This document shows, one piece after another, positions 24,980 to 36,149 of a DNA stretch of 64,000 bases; the stretch's first letter is position 1, and the number at the start of each line of letters is the position of its first letter. Origin of the DNA: Scenedesmus sp. PABB004 (lineage: Eukaryota); NCBI GenBank assembly GCA_014905635.1, contig JABVCE010000024.1, forward strand, positions 62,001 to 126,000. Reading direction: 5' to 3'. The notes under the pieces were generated by a model, which worked only from the letters and a program-made list of their open reading frames with translations, made no database searches and was not told where the DNA came from. The position numbers and the translations under genes are program-made.

Positions 24980-25714
24980 GTGCATCTGTGTGCTGCCGAA
25001 GTGCTGGAGCCGCGCGCGACGCAACGCAGCGCGCTGACGACGATGACTATGTTGAGGGTTTTTTTGGGGGGCGGGGGATCATCTGCTCGCCTGGCGCCCC
25101 TGCCCCGGCGGCCACGCTCAAGTGCTGGAGGCGCGACGCGCGCGGCGCTGGGACGAGAGGGTGCCCGGCTGCTCAAGCGCTGGAGGCGCCCCGCGTGATG
25201 TGCCAGCGCTGCGGCGCGGGCTCAGATTTGTTGGTGGCTGAATTGTGTGTGCGGCCGACGGCGGCGCAACCGCACCCGGCATGCCAGGACTATGCGATCA
25301 ATGTGCGCCTGCTTTGAGAATGCTCGTTGTTGTTTGGCGCTGGACGCTCAACCGCCCGCGCCCCTCGGGTGCAGGGGGGTTGGAGCTGCTGCCTGTGTCA
25401 CACTCATTTTCTGCTGCTAAAAAGAGCTGGAGAACGGGCGCGCCCTGCGCCCCAGCGCGCGCGACCGCTGCGGCGCCGTGCGCCGGGCAGGCGCTGCTGG
25501 CGTTGACGCCAGTCAGCGGCTGCAGCTCTCACAAACAAATGTGGGTGTTGCGGGTGCGTGAACGCTGCACAGTGTTCACAACGCGTGCATTTGCGAGTGG
25601 GAGAGCTGGTGGAGAGGTGAAAGCGATCGACCTCCAGCTGGCGGCCCGCCGCCCTCTCTGCTCGCGCTCCGCCCAGCCGCGCCCCGGGCCCTCGCTGCAG
25701 CGCATCCGCGAGCT
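24980..25714 (+). repeat. ~0.73 kb direct repeat, copy 1 (upstream of the SBP gene)
   Basis: Aligns over its length with 28280-28985, from GTGCATCTGTGTGCTG to CAGCGCATCCGCGAGCT, with long identical blocks. Confidence 0.92.
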
Positions 25715-25828
25715 CGCTGAGCAGAGACAAGCGCCGCATCCGATACGACGGACCTGCCTCTTCGGCTGCCGGCCAGGACACATGCCCCCCCCCGCGTGAC
25801 CACGCGCCTGCTTTCGCAGCCAGTGCCC

Positions 25829-28127
25829 ATGGACGCTGTGAACCTCCAGGCGCGCGCGGAGTCGGCCGGCGACCCCGATGGTGCGCAGGCGCCTCGTGGA
25901 CGCCGCACGCGCAGGGCGCCCCCTGCGCGCGCACACGCGCCGGGCCTCACCTCGCCTCCCCCAGAGCCGCCGCGTATGGCTGTGGTGCCAACGGACGCGC
26001 GCCCGCCGTCGCGCAGGCAGCAGCAGCCCGGGCAGCAGCCCCCGGGCGGGGCGCTCCTCGGCGCCCTCCTCCTCGGCCGGCGGGGGCCCGCCCCGCCGCG
26101 GCGGGATGCTCTGCCAGGTGCGTGGCCGAGCGTCGCGCGGAGATCGTGGCGAGCGAGCATGAGTCACTCGCGCCGCAACTCGCGCCGCTGTCCGCGCGCA
26201 GGTCGAGGGCTGCGCCGCCGACCTCGCGGCCGAGGGCGCCTACTGCGTGAAGCGCCGGCTGTGCAAGGACCACCTCAAGGCGCGCGCCACGAAAAAGCAG
26301 CTCTCTGAACCAGCTATCTGCTCGCCAGCGCCGCAGCGCGAGGCGCGGCACGCGCCGCTGAGCGGCGCCCGCCCGCCGCTCGCGTGCAGGCGGACGCCGT
26401 GGTGCGCAGGCGGCACGGCGACGGGCTGTGGCGCTTCTGCCAGCAGTGCGGCAAGCTCGAGCCGCTCGCGCAGTTTGACGGCGCCAAGCGGTGAGCAGGC
26501 AGGCCTCCGGCCCCGAGGCGGCGGCGCGCGCTCGACGCCTGTGCGCGCTGCCCCGCGCGACCCGACCGCGCGCCGACGCCCGCGCCGCGGCCGCCGCCGC
26601 GCGCAGGAGCTGCCGCGCCAAGCTCGAGCGCCGCCGCTTTGCGTCGAGCGCAGCGGCCAAGCGCGGCAGCGGGGGCGGAGAGCAGGCGGAGGACGAGGTC
26701 GCGCAGCTGCAGCTGCAGGTGTGGATGTACCAGCTCAAGGAGATGTCACGTGCGATGGAGTTGCGGCAGCAGCAGCAGGCGCAGCAGGGCCTGCCCTGGC
26801 CCCTGAGCGCCGCCGCCGGCCCGGCGTGCCCGGCACGCCTGGCGCCCCCGGCGTGCTCAACGCGCCCGCTGCGTCCAACGTGCGCGTGCCCTCGGCGGCA
26901 GGCGTGCCCGGCGTGCCCGGCGTGCCTGGCGTGCCCATTGTGCCCGCTGCTGCGCCCGACGTGCGCGTGCCCTCCGCGGCAGGCTTGCCCGGCATGCCGG
27001 GCGTGCCCGCCGCGCCCGCCTTCCTGCCGCCCGAGCCAGTGCCCGGCGTGCCGGCGCTGGGCGGCGCGCCGTTCCGCGGTGCAGGGAGGGCGCAGCCGAG
27101 CGGCCCGTGGCAGGCGGAGGCAGCGTCGCAGCTGCAGGCGCTCGTCAGCCTGGCCACACCCGGCGCCGCCGGGCCGGCGGGCCTGCCAGGCGGGGGCCTG
27201 TGGCCGGCCGGCGCTGGGCTTGCTGGCACGGCGCAGGGCGCGCCGGCTGCGGCGCACGGCGGCGCTCTGGCGCGGGGCGCTGCGCCGGCGCCGGTGCCGG
27301 GCCCCAGCACCGTTGACATGAGCCTGGAGCAGGACTCATTCATGGGCCTGCTCAGCCTCCTGCCCAGCGCCGCCGAGCAGCCTAGCTCGGCGGAGGGCCT
27401 GCTGCAGGCCCTGCAGGTGGCGCTGAACGACGCGGCGCCGCACGAGGTGCAGCCGCCGCAGGCCGCGCAGCCGCTGCTGCAGCCTGTGGTGGCGACCACG
27501 CTGCCGACCCCGGTGGCCGCGGGCGAGGGCACTGCCGAGCATGGCGCGCCGGCGACCGAGGCGGCCGAGGCGGGCACCGGCCAGCTGCGCCGCCCCAGCG
27601 CGTCCGCGGCGGTCGGCGCCGCGGCGGCGGCCGTTGCGGCGGCGATGGGGGGGCAGACGACGCTGGAGGCGTGCGCGTCGTTCCTCGCGGCCCTCCCCGC
27701 GCCCGGGGAGGGCAGCGGGAGCTTCATGGAGCTGCTGACCACGCTGCCCGGCGCGGACGCCCCCGAGCCGGCCAACACCTTTGACGACCTCGCCGCGGTG
27801 CTGGAGGCGGCGCTCGTCGAGGCGGGCGTCGCCGGCTGGGGCGCGGCGGGCGGCGACGGCGCCGGGCCCGTGCGCGGCGGCGACGGAGACGGCGACAGCG
27901 CGCGCAGTGGCGCTGCGCCCGCGCCGCCGGCGCGGCAGGTGGCGCTGCTGGCGGCGGCGCCTGCCGGCGCCCAGGCGCCGGCGCGCGCCCAGGCGCGCGC
28001 CGGCCAGGCATCAGCTGCGGCGCTGCAGCCTGCGCAGGGTGACGCGCGCCGCAGCTGCAGCTGGCATGGCGCTCCGTGCAACAGCTTGCTCAGCAGCACC
28101 GACGATTGGCAGCTCGGCTGGCAGTGA
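25829..28127 (+). CDS. SBP (SQUAMOSA promoter-binding) domain transcription factor with Pro/Gly/Ala-rich C-terminal region
   Basis: Spliced SBP domain MLCQ|VEGCAADLAAEGAYCVKRRLCKDHLK|ADAVVRRRHGDGLWRFCQQCGKLEPLAQFDGAKR|SCRAKLERRR. Start codon and frame breaks near 26000 and 26820 are inferred; stop at 28127. Confidence 0.85.
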
Positions 28128-28279
28128 CGCTTCACTGTTGCTGTTCGCGCGGGGATTGCCCTTCCTGCTTAACCTGACTGCTAATGAATAAGACAACCAT
28201 TCTCTCGTCATTGTTGTTTTGCGGCCCTGCCTTGACCCGTCAGGCGGCTGGCTGGTTGCCGAGCTGAAAGGCGGTGCCC

Positions 28280-28985
28280 GTGCATCTGTGTGCTGCGAAA
28301 GTGCTGGAGCCGCGCGCGCGACGCAACGCAGCGCATTGACGACGTTGACGGATGTTGAGGCTGGCGCGGTGTGAATCGTGTGCTCGCCTGGCGTCCCTGC
28401 CCCGGCGGCCACGCTCAGGTGCGGGAGGCGCCCCGCATGTCCACGCTGAATGACGTGCCAGCGCTGCGGCGCGGGCTCAGATTTGTTGGTGGCTGAATTG
28501 TGTGTGCGGCCGACGGCGGCGCAACCGCACCCGGCATGCCAGGACTATGCGATCAATGTGCGCCTGCTTTGAGAATGCTCTTCTCTGTTGTTTTGCGCTG
28601 AACGCTCAACCGCCCGCGCCCCTCGGGTGCAGGGGGGTTGGAGCTGCTGCCTGTGTCACACTCATTTTCTGCTGCTAAAAAGAGCTGGAGAACGGGCGCG
28701 CCCTGCGCCCCAGCGCGCGCGACCGCTGCGGCGCCGTGCGCCGGGCAGGCACTGCTGGCGGTGACGCCAGTCAGCGGCTGCAGAACAACTGGTGGGTGTT
28801 GCGGGTGCGTGAACGCTGCACAGTGTTCACAACGCTGTATTTGCGAGTGGGAGAGCTGGTGGAGAGGTGAAAGCGATCGACCTCCAGCTGGCGGCCCGCC
28901 GCCCTCTCTGCGCGCGCGCGCTCCGCCCAGCCGCCACGCTCCCGCCGTGGGGCCCCAATCCCTCGCTGCAGCGCATCCGCGAGCT
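28280..28985 (+). repeat. ~0.7 kb direct repeat, copy 2 (downstream of the SBP gene)
   Basis: Second copy of 24980-25714, offset 3300 nt at the 5' end. Confidence 0.92.
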
Positions 28986-29071
28986 GGTCGAGGCGGTGCC
29001 GCGGCCGGGCGTGCACGCCCGGCCGGCACGTGCCGGCGCCGCGTTGCCCGCCGCCGGCAACCACCCCGCCG

Positions 29072-29632
29072 CCGCGGCCTGCCCCTCGACCCCCGCCATC
29101 TCCGGTCATCGCGCCCCTGCCCGCGCTGCTGCGCCCGCGCCGGGCCGGCGTCCGAGGCGGCCGCGCGCGGAGGGCTGCCCGAGGCGCAGGCGCTCACCAT
29201 TGACTCGGGCGCCCCGCCGCACCGCACGCACCTGCTTGGCTCAGGCGCGGCCGCGGCGCAGGCCGCTGCCCCGGCGGCCCCGCGCGCGCTGGCAGCCGGC
29301 GCGCCGCGCCACCGCCAGGCGGTGTTTGAGGACGCCGGCGCGCCGAGCAGATGCTGCTCAGCCTCCTGGCGCGCGGCTGCCGCCCTCGCGCGCCAGCGCG
29401 GCCAAGGTGCTGCAGCACCGTGCGCCGCCAGCTGGCGGCGCACGGCCGCCGGCAGCGCGGGCGCCCAGCGCTAGTTGCTGCGCGGCGGCAGCACGGCGCT
29501 CCTGGTCGGCCTGCCGCGTGGCGGGAGGCTGGCTGCCCGTGGCGGCGCCGGCGCCGAGCCGCAACTGCTGCAGGAGGCGGGCCGCCGGCGCGCGCGCGCG
29601 TGGCCGCGGTCGTTCGGCGGGCCGCTCGGCGG
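29072..29632 (+). pseudogene. Dispersed repeat / decayed armadillo-like gene fragment, copy 1
   Basis: Reverse complement matches 49637-50210, 62496-62940 and 46681-46945; frame-broken translation includes GLPEAQALTIDSG and HRQAVFEDAGA..MLLSLL. Confidence 0.55.
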
Positions 29633-29999
29633 CTGGTGGGTGGTGGGTAGGCCGTGGTGCGCGTGACTTGCCAGCTCCTGGGTTGACGATCGGCGTCCGC
29701 GGCAGGTTTTCGGGGCGTGAGTCGCGACTTCCGCTTGCCGGCCGAAGCCTCCTGCCGCGCCCCGCACTCTCCCGCGCGCTTCAGCGCTCCCGCCACCGAA
29801 CAAGCACCACAGAAGTGCGCCCCTGCGCCATTCTCTATCGGCGCGCGAGGGCGGCCGCGCCGGCGAGCCAAATCTCGCCCCCCGGCGCGCGAGGGGTCTC
29901 GGCATCCCGCCCATGGCTAGAATTGCGTGGTCGGTACGCTAAACCGGCGCGACAGGCAGGCAGCGGCCGCGGTGGCGACAGCAGCAGCGCGGCGCAGCA

Positions 30000-30617
30000 A
30001 TGGCCGCGAGCGGCGAGGCTGCGGCCCAGGCGTTCGTCGACAGCCTGGCGTGTGACTCGCCACCACCGACGCCCGATCCTGGCGTGGGCGGCGGCGGCGT
30101 GATCGACGAGGGCGCGGCGGCGGGCGCGCTGAGCGGCCTGCCTGGCCTCCCGGCCCTTGCGCCCCTGGGCGTGCCGGTGCAGGGCGTGCCCGCCGCCGCA
30201 CTGCAGGGCGTGCCCGCGGCGGCGCTGCTGCCCGCGGCGCCCGCGCTCGGCGCGCCCGCGCTCGGCGCGGCGATGCCCGCGGCGACGAGCGCGGGGCTGG
30301 CGGCGGCGCTGCAGCAGTCGGCGCCGCTGCTCGCGGCGGGCCTGGCGGCGGGCACGGCGCTCGTGCCGACGGGCGCCACGGCGGAGCAGGTGGCGGGCGG
30401 CGCGCCGCAGCTGGCGGCGGTGCCGGTGCTGCTGCCGGCCGCGCAGCAGCTGGCCGTGGCGCAGCCGCCGGGCGCGAGCGGCCCCTGCGCTGCAGTGGCG
30501 GCGGCCGTGCAGGCGCAGGCGGCGGCCGCGGCGCAGGTGCAGGCCGCCGCCGCTGCGCAGGCGCACGCCGCGGCGGCGCAGGCGCAGGCACAGGCGCAGG
30601 CCGAGCAGCAGCAGGCG

Positions 30618-30663
<46 letters not shown>

Positions 30664-33600
30664 TGGCGGCGGCGGTGCAGGCGGCGGCGTCGCAGGTCGC
30701 GGCGGCGCAGGTCGCCGCGACCCAGGCCGCGGCGGCGCAGGCCGCGGCCACGCGCGAGCTCACGCAGACCCTGGTGGTGGGGCAGCTGGTCAGCCAGGCG
30801 CTCGGCGCGCCGCCCGGCTCCGCCGCGCAGCAGGCGGCGCTGGACGGCGCGCGCGGCCTCGGCGCGCTCCCCCCGCTCGGCTCGGCGGGGCTCGCGCACG
30901 CGGCGGCGCTGGGCGGGCTCAGTGACGCGCGCAGCCTCAGCGCGCTCTCGGCGCAGCTCCAGTCGGCGGGGCTGTCGGCTGGCGCCGGTGGCATGCTGCT
31001 CGCCGCCCCCAGCTTCAGCAGCAGCCCCACCGGCAGCAGTGCAGCGGCCGCGGCGGCCGCCGCGGCTGCCACGCCGGCACCGCCCAAGCGCGTGCGCGTG
31101 CTCCTGAGCTCGGGGGGCGAGTTTGCGGCCGCGCCGGACGCCGCGCCGGACGCCTCGGGCAGCAGCCGGCGCTACTCGGGCGGCGAGACGCGGCTGGTGG
31201 GCCTGGAGCGCACGACCTGCTTTGCCACCCTCCTGCAGGCGCTCAGCAAGGCCACGGCTGCCGTGTGGGACGAGGTGCGCCGACGAGCGCCGCCGCGCCT
31301 GCCTGCCGCGCCCGCGCGCCGCGCCCGCCCGACGTGCGGCTGCGGCTGCCGCCGCGCCGGCGGGCGCTCACCGCGCCGCGGCCCGCGCCGCCGCCGCCGG
31401 CGCGGCGCGGCAGGACTGCCGGCTGATGTACGATCTGCCCGGCGAGGGCGGCGGCGGGGTGCTTGTGGACCTCATAGATACGGACGACCTGGCCATGATG
31501 TGGGAGGAGCTCGACGCGGCTGTCGCGGCGCGGCCCGGCCACCGGCTGCACATCTACGCCCAGCTCGGCAGGCAGCGCGGCTCCGCGGGCGGCGGCGCCA
31601 GCGCCGGCGGCGGCGGCGGCTGCAGCAGCACCGACAGCGCGCCCCGGGACGGCGGCGGCGGCGCCGACGCTGCGCCGGGGCGGCCGAGCGCGGCGGCGCA
31701 GCACGCCGGCGCGGGCGCGGGGCGCGCGTCTGGCGGCGGCGGCGGCGGCAGCGACCGCACGGCCGCGACCTTCACGCCCAGCGAGTACGATGACATACTG
31801 GCGGGCGACGGCAGCGGTGGCGGCGGCGGCGGCGGCGCCAGCGGCGCGCCGCAGCTGGCGCTGTCCGACCTGGAGAGCAAGCTTGAGATCATCGCGCCCG
31901 ACGCGCTGCAGGTGCGACCGACCGCCCGCGCCGCGCCGCGCCGCGCTGCGTGGGCGCGGGCGCGGGGGCGGCTGACGGCGCGGCTGACGCCCCTGCCACC
32001 CGCCCGCCCGCCCGCGCCGCGGCTACGCCCAACCACCACGGCAGCCTGTGCGGCTGCTGGGCTGCGGGGGCTTTGGCGAGGTGCGCCGCGCTTGTGCCTG
32101 CGCGGCCGGCGGGCAGGGCGCGCACGCGCCGCCGCCGCCTCGTCGCCGCCTCGTCGCCGCCGCACCAACACCTCGCCGGCGTGCCGTCGTGGCTGGTGTC
32201 AGGTGTACCTGTGCACGTGGCACTCGTGCGAGGTGAGCGGCGGTGAGGCAGCGCGGCGGCTGCTGCGCCCGCCTGTGCATGGGTGCTCAGCGCCCGCCTG
32301 GCCAGGCAGCAGCACCAGCCACCAGAGGGCACCAGCAGCAGCAGCGCGCCCACCTCAGTGCCGCCACCGCGTCACCGGGCGCCTCGCCTGCCGCAGGTGG
32401 CGGTCAAGTGCCTCAGCAGCAGCCTGCTGCTCACCGACGGCGGCATGGGCACCGTCAGCGAGGTGCGGCCTGCGGGAGCGGGGGAGGGGGAAGGGGCGGC
32501 TGCCTGCCGGGGTCGCCGGGGCGCATGGGGCTCCGGTTGCGCAGCGCGTGGCGCCCCGCGCTCACCCCCCCCCCCTCTTCCCTCACCCTGCGCGCGCGCG
32601 GCGCCGTGCTGCGCTGCGCTGCGTCTTGCAGGACAGCGTGAGGGAGTTGCTCAAGGAGGCGGCCACGCTGGCGAGGTGCGGCCGGGCGCCGGGGCGCAGG
32701 TGTTGAGGCGCTGGGCAGGTGTTGGGGCGCACCGCCGCGGGCTGCTCACGCGCCGCCGCCGCCGCCGCCGCTGCCCGCCGCCAGCGTGCGCCACCCCAAC
32801 ATCGTTTTCGTGTATGGGTGAGCCACCCCAGGGTTTAGGTGCCCCCGCGCTCCCCCCTCTCTCCGCTGCGCCGCGCGATCACAGCCGCCGCCGCCGCCGC
32901 CGCCGCCGCGCCCGCCAGGCTGGTGCTGCCGCCGCTGGACCCCGCGCAGCAGCACGCCAAGGACTCGCTGCGCCCGGGGCAGTCGCTGGACGCCGTGAGC
33001 ATCGCGACGCAGCTCGCCAACCGGTGCGGCCGCCGGGTCGCGCGCGAGGCGCGCGCGTGACGGGCGCGCGCGGCCGCCCCGCACCGCTTTGCGCCGGGGC
33101 GGCCGCGGGGCACGGGGCCGCTGAGCGCGCCGCTGCTGCCGGCGCGCCACGGCAGGCACCGCGCCGAGGCTCCGAGCAGCCAGGTCCGGCCGCCGGCGCT
33201 CGTCACAGAGTATATGGCCAGCGGCAGGCGAGTGCTGGGCAGCGGCAGGCAGGCGCAGGGGCCGAGCCCGCACCGCCGACGGGGGAGGAGGCGGGGGAGG
33301 GGAACTTGGGCTGCGCGCGCGCGCGCCCCGGCCCCGCTGCCGCGGGCGGCGGCGGGCTCGGGGTCCCTCGCGCCGCCCCTGACGCACCGCCGGCGCGCGC
33401 CGCGCCGCGCCGCGCTGCAGCCTGCGCGGCGCCATCGCGCGGCGCGCCGACTTCCTGTTGCGGGCCAGCGTGCGCATCAAGCTCGCCCTCGACGCGGCGC
33501 GGGTGCGGCGGCGTGGGCGCGGGTGGGGGAGCGGGGCACGTGAGGGCGGCCGCACCTGGGGGGCTGCAGCAGCCGCGCGCTCGCGCCCTCCCGCGCCGCG

Positions 33601-35229
33601 CGCCGCTCGCTGCTGCCGCCCGCCGCGGCGCCCGTCGCTTTCGGACGAGCTGGAGCGCACACGTCACTTTTTGAGCGCACTAAACCGCAACCCCCGCCAC
33701 CCGTATCTCCTCCCGCCGGGCCAGGGCATGGCGTACCTGCATGACAAGAGCATTGTGCACTTCGACCTCAAGGTGACCCAGGGGTGGAGGGGGACATGGG
33801 GAGGGGGGGGGGGCAGGGGGAACAAGAGGAGGAGGCCAGGTCGCTGCCCGGCCAGGGCGCTGGCGCGGCGGCGCGCGCACGTGCCGTCGCGCGCCGGCGG
33901 CGGTGCCAGCAGTGCCGCCCGGCGGCCGCGCGCCGCCGCCGCGCCAGCGGTGCCGGCCTGCGCGCAGCCGCCGCGCCGGCAAGCCCGCGTCGCCGCTGCC
34001 GCGGCCGCCGCGGCCGCCGCAGACGGCCAACCTGCTGGTGGGCATGCGGGACAAGACGCCGCTGGCCAAGGTGCGCGGCGGCGTGTGGTGGTTGTGGCTG
34101 TGGTGGTTGTGGCTGCGCCGGCGCGTGCTCCCCCGCTCACGCGCGCTCACGCCGCCCGCCCCGCGCCGCGTCCGCGCGCCGCCAGGTCGCCGACTTTGGG
34201 CTGAGCAAGCAGCGGCAGCAGACCTTTGTCACCGGTGCGCCGCGCCGCCCTCCCCTCGTGCCCGCGCGCGCGCGGCGCGGGCCGCGGGGCGCGGGCCTCG
34301 TGCCGCGCGCCGCGCGCCGCGCGCGCCGGCCGAGCGCCGGCGCCCGCGCGCGCGCGCGCGCGCCGCGCCCGCTGCGTGCGCGGGCAGGCGTGGCGTCGCT
34401 GCGGGGCACGCTGCCGTGGATCGCGCCCGAGATCATCAAGACCCCTTCCGCCGTCACCGGTGCGCGCAACATGGCGTGTGCGCGCGCGACGGCGCCGGCT
34501 GCGTGCACAGCGGCAGCGGCGGCGCGGGGGCCGCTTGCTCGGCGAGGCGCCCCGACCCGCCGCGCCCCGCCGCGCAGAGAAGGTCGATGTCTTTAGTTTC
34601 GGCGTGGTGCTCTGGGAGCTCTGGTGCGCGCCGCCCCGGGGCGGCCCCGCGCGGCGGCGCCCGCGCCCCGCGCCCCGCACCCACGCGCGGCCGGCGCCCG
34701 CCTCGCCCCGCCCGCCGCGCGCCCTTTACCCTGAACCCTTGAACCCTAAACCCGGCAGGACGCTGCGTGAGCCGCACGAGGGCGTCAACTATCACGCCCT
34801 TCTGCACGCGATGTCCGCGTCGGCCGACGCAGTGCGCCCGCCCATGCCAGGCGCGCGCCCCCCACCCCACCCTACACGCCCCTCCCGCGGCGGCGGCGCC
34901 TGCGCCCTGCCCACGCCCAACGCGCGCCGCGCTGCGCTGCGCTGCGCAACCGCCGGGTCGCCACTGCGCCGCTGCCCGACCCCGCGCGCCGCGCTGCGCG
35001 TCGCGCAGGCAGCCCTGAGTTTGAGGGCGACGCGGGGCCGGAGCCCGCGCCCGGCTGGGCGGCGCTAATCGGCGAGTGCCTCGCGACCGCGCCGGCCGCG
35101 CGGCCAGCGTTCAGGGAGGTGGTCGGCCGCCTGGAGGGCATGCTGCGCGCCAACCGCGCGACCAGGCGCCGCACCGCGAGCGGCCCGCCGGGCGCGGGCG
35201 CCGCGGCGGCAGCGGCGGGGCCGGCCTGA
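30000..35229 (+). CDS. PB1-domain Raf-like MAP3K (B4 subfamily type); ~17 exons
   Basis: PB1: KRVRVLLSSGGEF..RYSGGETRLV..LMYDLPGE..LVDLIDTDDLAMMWEE..RLHIY. Kinase: LGCGGFGEVY, VAVK, RHPNIVFVYG, VTEYMASGSL, GMAYLHDKSIVHFDLKTANLLV, VADFGLSK, RGTLPWIAPE, EKVDVFSFGVVLWELWT. TGA at 35227-35229. Confidence 0.92.
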
Positions 35230-36149
35230 AGGTGCCGGCGCGCGGCGCGGCAGAGAGAGCAAGCGGGGGGATTGATCGGGTGGTGCGGTCAAACTGCGTG
35301 GGCGGGCAGGCGAGGGGGGGGGGTGCTTCAGCAATTGCAGGGTGCCCTGGGACTGGCGCGAGCAGCCCCACACCTCAGGCCTGGCCGAGCCAGGCGTCGG
35401 GCGCTTGTGCTGTGCCCAGGCGCTCGCCAGCCGTGACCCGGCGGCGCCGCCGCAGCTCGCCAGCGCAGGTGCCGGGCACAGCCGAGCCGATCGCGGCTGC
35501 TCAGGCAGGGTGGCGGCGGAAGCCCCACCCCCACGCCGCAGGGGCAGCACCGCTGCAGCGCCGTACGGCGTGGCGGCGACTAGGCGGCCGCCTCCCGGCG
35601 GGCGGGCGGGCGCCGGGCGGCGCAAAGGGCGCTGGCGAGCGCGGCAGCAGCGCCACAGGCGCTTCCCGGGCCTGCGCCTTGCACAAGCGCTCCCAAACCT
35701 GCCGAGCTGCACAGCCGTCGTGCACGACGCCCGCGGGGAGGCGTGGCAGCGGGTTATACCAGCGGCCGGGGTCGCACACGCGCGCGCGCGGTCGCACATT
35801 TGCCGTCGCCGCCCAGCGCGCCCATACCCCGCCGCTTGCCTCGCAACGCGTGCGCAGACACCGTGCGTGCACGCTGGCGAGAGCTTGCGGTCGCAGAGCA
35901 AGCGAGCGCGGCGCACTGGGCGAACTAACTTTCGGTCGCACAAAGGCGGTCGCCTGGCGCGCGCTACCCGGCGACCGCGCGCGCCCCGCCACCATTCGCT
36001 GGCCCTCTCGCCCCCGACCCGCTTCGACGGATCGCCCCGTCATCCTGCCGCGGACCGCCGCGCCCTCTGCCGCCTGCCGCGGGTCCTGCAGCCCCTCAGG
36101 CGAGCGCCGGCGGCTTCGACTACCGCGGCTCCGCGCTCACACGCACGGG

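Noticed and set aside
24980..28985. Direct repeats as LTRs of a retrotransposon
   Set aside because: No clear TG..CA termini, PBS, PPT or TSD, and the interior is an intron-containing SBP gene, not gag-pol.
34727..34753. Telomere-like repeats as a chromosome end or fusion scar
   Set aside because: Only about three degenerate units inside an intron of an intact gene; kept as an intronic motif observation instead.
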